The position numbers and the translations under genes were made by a program. A stretch of DNA of 64,000 bases from Bacteroidia bacterium. GTDB taxonomy: Bacteria > Bacteroidota > Bacteroidia > Chitinophagales > JAUHXS01. The notes beneath the pieces were generated by a model that worked only from the letters and a program-made list of their open reading frames with translations, did not search any database and was not told where the DNA came from. The first letter of the stretch is position 1, and every line of letters starts with the position of its first letter. Positions 47,974 through 56,432 of the stretch are shown here, one piece after another. The stretch covers positions 49,790 to 113,789 of the forward strand of contig JAUHXS010000005.1 in assembly GCA_030426955.1 (NCBI GenBank), written 5' to 3'.

Positions 47974-50883
47974 ATGAAGACGTTAAGCACACTCTTTTAT
48001 ATTTTCTTTCTTTGGATTAGTATTGTATGTGGTCAAGAGATTTGCAACAATGGTATTGATGATGATGGAGATGGACTAGTCGACTGCTATGACAATGAAT
48101 GTGGAGATAGTGTCGTATGTGAAGGCTTTTTTGTGAGCACACATATTGTAGATACCGTTTGTTCTGCTCCAATTAATGTTTCATCGGTAGAGATGGAGCG
48201 TATGTGGCAAACCAATACTGCCCTTCAGGCTTGGCAAGTAAGTTCTTTCTTTGCCGCAGATATTGATAAGGACAGCATTGTTGAGGTCGTTGCAGTAGGT
48301 ACCAATCAAATAAAGCTTATCAATGGAGTCACAGGGGCAGAAGAACAAACCATTAATCCACCGTCTGGATTCTCTTTTGTAGGAGGCTCAGATGGAATAG
48401 CTATTGGCGATGTTGATAAAGATGGTTTTGGGGAGATATTAATAGTAGGTAACAATAATAGGATTCTTTGCATGAATCACGATGGGACGTTAGAGTGGAA
48501 CAGTGTATCCCTTCCTACCAATGTAGGCTCTATTAGTATTGCTGATTTCAATCAAGATGATACTGCAGAATGTTTTGTCGCTGGATATATATTAAATGCC
48601 TTTAATGGAGATCTCATAGTCAGCTACAATGGCTCCCATAATGGCTTCAGTGCTCCAGTAGCAGCAGATGTACTGCCATCATCTTTTTGTGTTGATTGTG
48701 AAGGGCTAGAGATTGTAGGGCCAAGAGCAGTATTATCTGTAGATATAGACAATGCATCTGTTACGTTGAGGTCAACACCTAAGTTTACCATTGCAGGTAC
48801 TTCAGGTACGGTAAGTGTTGCAGATGTTGATGCAGATGGAAATTTAGATATTGCTGTTAATACAGGTATTTTTGGCGGATTTGGAGGAGGAGCGGAGATT
48901 TTTGTATGGAATCCAATAGATAGTGGTTTAATAGGAACAATATTTCCCTACTCAACACTTGCGAATGGAACTGGAAGCAGACTAACGGTAGGTAACTTAG
49001 ATGGAGACCCTGAGTTGGAATTGGGTACTTCAGGGTCTAGCTTCTACATTGCAATAGACTATGACCCCATTAATGACACACTGGTTGAACTTTGGAGAAC
49101 ACCAGTTAGTGATGCATCTTCGCATCATACTGGAAGTACCATGTTTGACCTGAATTGCGATGGATCACTAGAAATCATTTACAGAGACGAAGTTTTTTTA
49201 CATGTTCTAGATGGAGCAACTGGAATAAAAAGAGGCTCTTCACCATGCGAGTCTGGAACAGGAGCGGAGTATCCAACCATAGTTGACTTAAATGGAGATG
49301 GACAAGCAAATATATTATGTGGATGTAATACAGGGGGTAGTTTAATAGCGCCAGGAAGAGTAGTTGCATTTAAAAGTAGTGGTGATGCTTGGGTGCCAAC
49401 TAGGAAAGTATGGAATCAGGGAGCATACTCGGCTGTAAATATTAATGATGATTTGAGTATTCCTCGCCAACAACAATATCAAGCCCATCCAAGCCTTCCA
49501 CAATTAAATGCTTTTCTAAATCAACCATCATTATTAGATAAGTTTGGTAATCCCTTATGTATTCAACAAGCTCCAAATCTAGCTATAGATACACTTTATC
49601 TTTTTTGTGATACAAGCACCAATACAGCTAGTCTTAATATAGATATATGCAATATTAGTAAAATTGATTTTTCAGATACCTTATTTATTGCCATGTACGA
49701 TAGCAACCCTAATCTAGGAGGCACATTGGTTCTAGACACATTTGCTAAGCTGTCTATATTTCAAGGTGCTTGCCAAAGCGTAACGTTTCCTCTTATAGGC
49801 AACTATAATTTATTTGTTGTGTTAAATGATGACGGATCTGATCCAATGAACGCACCTACACTACCAAAAGCAGAATGTGTGATTAATAATGTGGACAGTA
49901 TGTTGTATAGCTCTATCAGCATCACTTTAACTGATTTTATAATAGAAGACTATTACTGTTTTGATGCGCCATATGATACATTGCAAGCAATACCAAAAGG
50001 AGGTGTGTTTTCTGGTCCAGGCTTAATAGCCGACAGCATCTTAGATATCAGTTTGCTCAATATAGGAGAAACTTATACTATGCAATATACTTATGAAAAC
50101 AGCATTGGTTGTACCTATATGTTAGAGGATTCCTTTATTATTGGACCTATTATTGCCGTATCTAATGATACTTCAATTTGCTCTGGGAGCGTTATGCTGA
50201 ATGTTACAGGCAATGCGTCAACAGCTAACTGGAGACCTTCTTCGGGGCTTGATAGAGATACTGGACTAAATGTAATTGCCACCCCAGATATCAACATGAC
50301 TTATTACGTAGAAGCTATAGATAGTCATGGTTGTGCTATTCAAGATAGTATTGCTATCAACATAATAGACTCTTTGTTCCTTGATTTAGGAGATACCAGT
50401 TTAATAAAAGGAAAATGCATTGAGCTTGCAGACCAACCAACCCCTTCTCAAATTACAAGTTGGCAGAGTATCATAAGTGCATTGAACGATTCTTTAATAG
50501 AAACAAGCTATTGCCCAGAAACGGATGATATAATATCTTTTTTTGCCAATGATTCTAATATGTGTTCCTACTATGGCAGACTTGGAATACTAGTTATCGA
50601 TCCTAAGACCCCTGTCTTTCCTAAGGCATTTTCGCCCAATGGTGATGGACTTAACAGTACATTTACAGGCATCAATATTGAAAGTATTACAAACGTTGAT
50701 TTTTTTAGAATATGGGATAGATGGGGCAATCTTGTTTTTGAGTCGTCTGACATTAGTATCGGATGGGATGGCACTTCTCAAGGTAAATCTAATGAAATGG
50801 GGATATATTACTGGGAAATTGCTTATACCAATATTCTAAGTGAAGAAATGGAAGACAAAGGTGTTGTAGCCCTGATACGCTAG
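47974..50883 (+). CDS. T9SS type-B CTD FG-GAP propeller protein, paralog of 17045..19816
   Basis: QEICNNGIDDDGDGLVDC; FG-GAP loops; shared ADVLP..FC.DC.GLEI and WVP.R.VWNQ...VNINDDL.IP; FPKAFSPNGDGLN...DRWG...WDG. Confidence 0.88.
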   Translation: MKTLSTLFYIFFLWISIVCGQEICNNGIDDDGDGLVDCYDNECGDSVVCEGFFVSTHIVDTVCSAPINVSSVEMERMWQTNTALQAWQVSSFFAADIDKDSIVEVVAVGTNQIKLINGVTGAEEQTINPPSGFSFVGGSDGIAIGDVDKDGFGEILIVGNNNRILCMNHDGTLEWNSVSLPTNVGSISIADFNQDDTAECFVAGYILNAFNGDLIVSYNGSHNGFSAPVAADVLPSSFCVDCEGLEIVGPRAVLSVDIDNASVTLRSTPKFTIAGTSGTVSVADVDADGNLDIAVNTGIFGGFGGGAEIFVWNPIDSGLIGTIFPYSTLANGTGSRLTVGNLDGDPELELGTSGSSFYIAIDYDPINDTLVELWRTPVSDASSHHTGSTMFDLNCDGSLEIIYRDEVFLHVLDGATGIKRGSSPCESGTGAEYPTIVDLNGDGQANILCGCNTGGSLIAPGRVVAFKSSGDAWVPTRKVWNQGAYSAVNINDDLSIPRQQQYQAHPSLPQLNAFLNQPSLLDKFGNPLCIQQAPNLAIDTLYLFCDTSTNTASLNIDICNISKIDFSDTLFIAMYDSNPNLGGTLVLDTFAKLSIFQGACQSVTFPLIGNYNLFVVLNDDGSDPMNAPTLPKAECVINNVDSMLYSSISITLTDFIIEDYYCFDAPYDTLQAIPKGGVFSGPGLIADSILDISLLNIGETYTMQYTYENSIGCTYMLEDSFIIGPIIAVSNDTSICSGSVMLNVTGNASTANWRPSSGLDRDTGLNVIATPDINMTYYVEAIDSHGCAIQDSIAINIIDSLFLDLGDTSLIKGKCIELADQPTPSQITSWQSIISALNDSLIETSYCPETDDIISFFANDSNMCSYYGRLGILVIDPKTPVFPKAFSPNGDGLNSTFTGINIESITNVDFFRIWDRWGNLVFESSDISIGWDGTSQGKSNEMGIYYWEIAYTNILSEEMEDKGVVALIR

Positions 50884-50890
50884 CTGAAAT

Positions 50891-52432
50891 CTAGGGGCTT
50901 TTTTGATAATATTTGACAACCTCCTCCTGTAGGTTTGTTTTGAAGTAGCGATGCCTTAGGAAAGGAATGATTAATGTATCTTTCATAAACTGTTGTTCAG
51001 CTTTATTTGTAATTAATAACTCTTCGAGCTGATTAATAGTATTTTCTGGATTCGACTTTTGATTTGATGATAAATCCTTTAATGCTTTTAACGTTATTGT
51101 GGTTGATAAAGGATAAGTTTTTTCCTTTTGCATTAGCCGATATATGGAATTTACTAATGACTCTACTAATAAGTTATTATTAAGCTCAACATGAATCATT
51201 AACTCTAGAAATCTAGCAATAGTTTTGAGCTCTACCCTATTATGGACACGTTGGTAAGATAGCAATGAGTTTATTTCTTCTAATGCAAGATCAAACTTTC
51301 CTGAAGTAAAGTGTACTAGAATGGTACTATGTGCCATCCGCATTTTATTGAAAGGACTTAGGTGTTTTTTGTACTGACCATATTGTTCATTAAAACCTTC
51401 TAAAAAGTCATAAGCTTTATCATAATAGCCAACTTTTATATAATACCTTGTTTTCATGGTATATAAGGATTCCCAAGCTTTTGCTGTTGATTTGATGTCA
51501 ACCTTTAAGTCTTTAACAATGAAGGTTTCTAAATCTCCTAGAGCATCATTTATCTCGTTTTCTTTGTTGGCAGAAATGAGTAGGCTTATATAGTTTGAAA
51601 GAGTTATAAAGAAAGATCTTTGCCATGCTTCTTGTTTAAGCAGATATTTATTTTTTTGAAATAGAGCAATCTTGGTTTTTAGTGTATTGATAGAAGCGTC
51701 CACATCAAGTAAAATATTGTAAGCAAGAGCCTTGACTTCCAAAGCATCCTTTTGAGCTCTAAAGCCCATATATTTTTTCTCTTCCTCAGAAAGTTGTTTA
51801 AGGTTTATTATATATTTTTCTGCTAAAGACTTTACTTTTTTATCCTGGTTCCCGTACTTTAAAAGCATACCACTTAGTTTCCAGTATGCTGAGCTAAAAC
51901 GTTCTTCTGTTCTTATATGTTCTATTGCATCTTGTCTTTCTTTCAGCAGTGTTTCTATACTGCTTCCTTTTTGTCTTGAAGTTCTAGAGTAGATATATAG
52001 TTCTTGTTGAATAATGAGCAGAGCTTCTGGGTATGACTCAAAACCCAATGCATATCTCTTAGTTCTTTTTAAAATTTTATTGCAAGAAGGTATAAGTCCC
52101 TTGGACAATAAAATTTCAGACGCATGAATTGCTGAAGAGACGATTACCTGTAATTTTTTGGATGTAGAGAAGCTTCTTAGAGCGTCAATGATTAAGTTAA
52201 AAAGATAGTTTTTGAGTGCAGAAAAATGTGCTTCAGCATAGTTTTGTTCAAAATAGGTTATAAGAACATCCTCATTATATTTTTTTTGCTTATTAATTAA
52301 GTCAAATAGCTTCAGGTACTTGCTATCTCCTTTTTTAATATAGCCACTAGAATATTTCTTAAAATATCCCTTCTCATTTTTTGTCATGGAATGGATTAGG
52401 TCAAAAAGGTCAGACGTTGCTCCTCGTGGCAT
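50891..52432 (-). CDS. uncharacterised TPR-like protein, putative regulator; paralog 3 of 3
   Basis: SDLFDLIHSMTKNEKGYFKKY...KYLKLFDLINKQ..YNE...KNYLFNLIIDALR; LLSKGL; no export signal. Confidence 0.75.
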   Translation of the reverse strand: MPRGATSDLFDLIHSMTKNEKGYFKKYSSGYIKKGDSKYLKLFDLINKQKKYNEDVLITYFEQNYAEAHFSALKNYLFNLIIDALRSFSTSKKLQVIVSSAIHASEILLSKGLIPSCNKILKRTKRYALGFESYPEALLIIQQELYIYSRTSRQKGSSIETLLKERQDAIEHIRTEERFSSAYWKLSGMLLKYGNQDKKVKSLAEKYIINLKQLSEEEKKYMGFRAQKDALEVKALAYNILLDVDASINTLKTKIALFQKNKYLLKQEAWQRSFFITLSNYISLLISANKENEINDALGDLETFIVKDLKVDIKSTAKAWESLYTMKTRYYIKVGYYDKAYDFLEGFNEQYGQYKKHLSPFNKMRMAHSTILVHFTSGKFDLALEEINSLLSYQRVHNRVELKTIARFLELMIHVELNNNLLVESLVNSIYRLMQKEKTYPLSTTITLKALKDLSSNQKSNPENTINQLEELLITNKAEQQFMKDTLIIPFLRHRYFKTNLQEEVVKYYQKSP

Positions 52433-52476
52433 GGGTTGGGGTAAGTATGGCTTAAATATAGCAAAAAGCTTTTTAA

Positions 52477-52494
52477 GCCTTATTTATATAAGGC
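52477..52494. promoter_or_regulatory. palindrome GCCTTAT-TTAT-ATAAGGC (contains CCTTA-N6-TAAGG), candidate operator
   Basis: 7-bp perfect arms about 45 nt upstream of paralog 3 start. Confidence 0.4.
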
Positions 52495-52590
52495 AGATTA
52501 GAAGATTAATACTTGTCCCAATTGCTTTGGCTGTATAATTTATATATTATATCAGGTTAATACCTATTCAAAAGAGGCTAAATAAAACTT

Positions 52591-55290
52591 CTAAATTACT
52601 GTAATGTTAGTTATAACTTGATAAGTAACATTATTCTTGTAAGTAATAGAACATTTTGATAGATATACTCCTTGCTGTATGGTCTTTCCTTTGTATTGCC
52701 CATCCCAGTGTTCATTAACAGTAGTGCTTTCAAATAGTTGTAGACCACTAAGATTGTAGATTGACCAATTTATCTTGTCAACCCCATCTGTATTTAAAAC
52801 TTTTAATTGATCATTGGTGCTAAACGAGATCGCATTAGGCACAAAAACATTACATGGGAGTGCTTCTATTTGGACAGAGTCCTTAAAAACACAATTATTA
52901 CTGTCTGTCATATTTAAGAAGACGATGGCATTTTCATTAGAAACAATAGTTGCACTTTCTCCAGATTGTTCTTCTATGAGTGCTGATGGTTCCCAAGTAT
53001 AAGACTTTCCCATACTAATTGCAGCTAATATTACTTCTTGTCCTGAGCAAATTGCTGTATCTGAGGTTACAATAATATCCTTATTCGGCACTTGTGTAAT
53101 GTTAATACTTGTTGAATCAGTATAGTTGCAATCACCAGTAGCGATAACAGAGTAAAGCCCCACTTGATTAATAGTAATGGTATTTGTTGTATCGCCTGTC
53201 GACCAAACATAATTGTAAGTGGAGTCACCAGCTTCTAGAGTAATATCAATTGGTCCTGGACACAATACAGTATCCGCTGGTAAAGAAGCTGATGGTAAAC
53301 CAAGCACAGAGTCTATGTATATGCTTTGAATAGCGGTGTCCCATTCACATTCTTTATTAATCGTTAGTGATACGGTATAGCTATCTACTGCGGTATAAAA
53401 GTTAGATGGGTTTTGTGATAAAGAAGTGTTGCCATCTCCAAAGTTCCAGTTCCAATGATCAATCTCTCCTATACTAGTATCAGAAAAAGCAACAATGCTT
53501 TTTCCGCAAATAGAATCAATTTCAAAGCCAGCTTCAATCCAGTTTATTTTTGATGTCCAAATATCCCCTCCGCCATTACCAATAACTGTTTTATCACCTA
53601 AAACACTTGTTTGGTGAGAATGCCCAATCATGATATAGCCACCATCATCTGCAGAAAAAGCATATCCTTTGGTTGCACTTTGCCCATCAGACCAGACTTT
53701 ACTCCATTCCAAATCAAAATTATCATCCAGCTTTATCATCCACATAGAACGGATAGTCCCAGCAGGGCTGTTTTGCCAAACATCTCCATCTTGTGTTACG
53801 GTCATTGTCTCTCCAGACAACAAATATCCCCCATTGCAGCCCTCTTCTATTCTGCCCGAACCTGAAAAATATGGCGAGTTGTCCCAAGAATCTTCTTCAT
53901 ATCCCCCTAAAGCATCTGATGATAATATGATTTCTCCTGTATTGGCATCAACTTTTACAATCCAAAAATCTTCTTCGCCATGTCCTCCGTTAACGTCTCC
54001 ATCGACAGATTCGCTAGTAGCTCCTATGACTAAATCTTCATTACTATCTTCGAAAATGGTAGCTATAGTTTCTCGATCTGAGCCACCAATTGTAGTAGTC
54101 CAAATAGTATCTCCAGTTAAGCTACTAAACTTTACAAGCCAAATGTCTTGAGCTCCATGGTTATTTTTCACATCTCCATTTGTAGAAATGGTAGTTGTAG
54201 CGACAATGAAGTTGCCATCACTGGTCTCTACCACTTGCTCTACCAACTCTGAGCCAGATCCTCCGACTGCACGACTAGTCCAAATGGTATCTCCTGTTGA
54301 GCTATTTAGTTTTACCGCCCAAAAATCTGATGAGCCATGATGTCCCCTGACATCCCCATCTGAAGACAAGGTGTTTCCAATCAAAATGTAATTTCCATCA
54401 GTACTTTCAAATGCATGTCTTGGCGACTCTGTATTCGTTCCTCCAAGACCCTTGGAAGTCCAAATAGTATCTCCTGTATTACCATCCAACTTGATAGTCC
54501 AAAAATCGCTTCTATTCATTCCAAAATGGTAGCCTGTCACATCACCATTAGTGCTACTACTAGTAGCTGTTCTTGTTTCGCCAAAAAGCAATATTTGATT
54601 ATCGCTAGTTTCAAAAGCTACAGCTATGCGATCTATATGGTTGCCTCCAAGTGCTCTAGACATCCAAATAGTATCTCCAGTCATAATATCTAACTTAAAC
54701 ACCCAAAAATCATCATTTCCATGAGGTTGCCTAATGTCCCCATCAGACGACCTGCTTCCGCCCGCAACTAGAAAATTGCCGTCACTAGTATTGAAAAGAG
54801 CATCATACCCTTCTACATGATTTCCTCCATAGCATCTTGATAGCCACATTGTGTCTCCTGTGTGCCGATTCAGCTTCATAAACCATAGGTCGTTTCCAGT
54901 ACCGAGATGATGACCGATAACATCTCCTCCTGGAGAAGAAGAGGTGTTTACAACAATATAGTTGCTATCACTAAGTTCAAGAGCACTTCCTTGGTCAGTT
55001 CCAGGACTTCCGAAGGCTCTAGTTGTCCATAGTGTATCTCCAGTAGCATGATCGATTTTTACGATCCATATGTCTATTCCGCCGTGAAAGCTCCTGATAT
55101 AACCATCAGCAGATCTTACGTTAGCACTAATAATGATATCATTTTCACTGTCTTGTATGATATTTCTAATGTCTTCATCATCGCTTCCTCCCATTGAGTG
55201 TTGCACTCCTGCAATGGAGGGTTGAGCTTTAATAGCTGTAGTAAGAAAAAGTATAGAGATGATGACTGATAATAAAGACCTAATTTTCAT
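52591..55290 (-). CDS. T9SS type-B CTD protein with ~60-aa beta-propeller repeats and PKD domain
   Basis: Signal peptide from ATG 55290; repeats DGD(V/I)..(H/N/P)HG..DFW..KL...TGDTIW; WNWNFGDG; FVPNAIS...WDG...QGVY...NITVI. Confidence 0.83.
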   Translation of the reverse strand: MKIRSLLSVIISILFLTTAIKAQPSIAGVQHSMGGSDDEDIRNIIQDSENDIIISANVRSADGYIRSFHGGIDIWIVKIDHATGDTLWTTRAFGSPGTDQGSALELSDSNYIVVNTSSSPGGDVIGHHLGTGNDLWFMKLNRHTGDTMWLSRCYGGNHVEGYDALFNTSDGNFLVAGGSRSSDGDIRQPHGNDDFWVFKLDIMTGDTIWMSRALGGNHIDRIAVAFETSDNQILLFGETRTATSSSTNGDVTGYHFGMNRSDFWTIKLDGNTGDTIWTSKGLGGTNTESPRHAFESTDGNYILIGNTLSSDGDVRGHHGSSDFWAVKLNSSTGDTIWTSRAVGGSGSELVEQVVETSDGNFIVATTTISTNGDVKNNHGAQDIWLVKFSSLTGDTIWTTTIGGSDRETIATIFEDSNEDLVIGATSESVDGDVNGGHGEEDFWIVKVDANTGEIILSSDALGGYEEDSWDNSPYFSGSGRIEEGCNGGYLLSGETMTVTQDGDVWQNSPAGTIRSMWMIKLDDNFDLEWSKVWSDGQSATKGYAFSADDGGYIMIGHSHQTSVLGDKTVIGNGGGDIWTSKINWIEAGFEIDSICGKSIVAFSDTSIGEIDHWNWNFGDGNTSLSQNPSNFYTAVDSYTVSLTINKECEWDTAIQSIYIDSVLGLPSASLPADTVLCPGPIDITLEAGDSTYNYVWSTGDTTNTITINQVGLYSVIATGDCNYTDSTSINITQVPNKDIIVTSDTAICSGQEVILAAISMGKSYTWEPSALIEEQSGESATIVSNENAIVFLNMTDSNNCVFKDSVQIEALPCNVFVPNAISFSTNDQLKVLNTDGVDKINWSIYNLSGLQLFESTTVNEHWDGQYKGKTIQQGVYLSKCSITYKNNVTYQVITNITVI

Positions 55291-55569
55291 AGCTAATTTT
55301 TCAACTTTTAACAATCTTAATGCAACAACAAACTATAGGTATACTCTTACAAGATACACTAAAAATGCCACTGGCGTATATATTTTTTTGCAATAAAATA
55401 CAAAGCTAAATTAAAAATATACACGCAAATATTTATTAAACACTTATTTATATAAAATATTATTACAAAGCTATTAAAATAGAATTGTCTAGCTTTGTTT
55501 CTAATGGGTATTCATTAAAGTTTCTCAAAGTGTTAATGTAATTTTGAAATTAACATATTAGGTATTTTA

Positions 55570-56145
55570 ATGAAACATATCGCCATATTCGCTTCTGGCA
55601 AGGGGACAAATGCTGTTAATATTATAGAATACTTTCAACAGCTAGATGGTATTAAGGTTGACTGTGTTATTTGTAATAATCCAAAAGCAAAGGTTCTTGA
55701 ATCTATAGAACGACTTAATACAGAAGGAATTTTAATATCTAATGATACGCTCAAAAATAACGTTGTAGAACTTATTCGTACTTTAGAAGATAAAAAAATT
55801 GACCTAATTGTATTAGCTGGCTTTATGTCATTAATACCAGAATCGTTGATCAATAGATATGCTCAAAAAATAGTGAATATTCATCCTGCGTTATTGCCGA
55901 AATATGGAGGTAAAGGAATGTATGGGAAACATGTGCATCAAGCAGTATTTGAAAATAAAGAAAGAGAAACTGGAATCACTATACATTATGTCAATGAAGA
56001 ATATGATAAAGGGGCTATTATTTTTCAGGCAAAATGTGACATAAACAAAAACGACGATCCGTCAACTATTGCACAAAAAGTCCAAAAGCTAGAACATCAA
56101 CACTATCCAAAAGTAATCAAGGAAATCTTAATGAAACCAGACTAG
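55570..56145 (+). CDS. purN: phosphoribosylglycinamide formyltransferase
   Basis: IFASGKGTN, VLAGFM, NIHPALLP, GITIHYVNEEYDKG; TAATTTTG -7 box at 55539-55546. Confidence 0.96.
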   Translation: MKHIAIFASGKGTNAVNIIEYFQQLDGIKVDCVICNNPKAKVLESIERLNTEGILISNDTLKNNVVELIRTLEDKKIDLIVLAGFMSLIPESLINRYAQKIVNIHPALLPKYGGKGMYGKHVHQAVFENKERETGITIHYVNEEYDKGAIIFQAKCDINKNDDPSTIAQKVQKLEHQHYPKVIKEILMKPD

Positions 56146-56348
56146 TGCTTCATGTGTTTATTGTGACTATTATGCTGAAGCTTTTTCATTGTCTTATCTG
56201 ATGCACCCTTGTTGAGATTTGTAGCTCCTCCTTTCTTTTTCCCTTTATTTCCACCGTAGCTAACCCTTTTAGTGCAAGAAGATGTTATCGTTAACAAAAA
56301 CATTCCAGACAAAATCATTATTAAAGCAGATCGCAACACACGTTTCAT
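56142..56348 (-). CDS. small basic lipoprotein
   Basis: MKR + hydrophobic stretch + lipobox TSSC; Lys/Gly/His-rich 44-aa mature part. Confidence 0.65.
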   Translation of the reverse strand: MKRVLRSALIMILSGMFLLTITSSCTKRVSYGGNKGKKKGGATNLNKGASDKTMKKLQHNSHNKHMKH

Positions 56349-56432
56349 TTATGATAAACTTTTAATTCTTAATTAATGCACCATTAAGATACAAAATTGT
56401 GATTAATGATAAAAGTTTAATTTTGATCTTCT

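Noticed and set aside
53669-54151. 160-aa antisense ORF and the many other 60-116 aa shadow ORFs
   Set aside because: They lie opposite or out of frame within well-supported genes, with no recognisable motifs.
53900-55100. ~180-bp periodic DNA repeats as a possible CRISPR or DGR template
   Set aside because: They are in-frame protein repeats; no repeat-spacer structure, cas genes or reverse transcriptase present.
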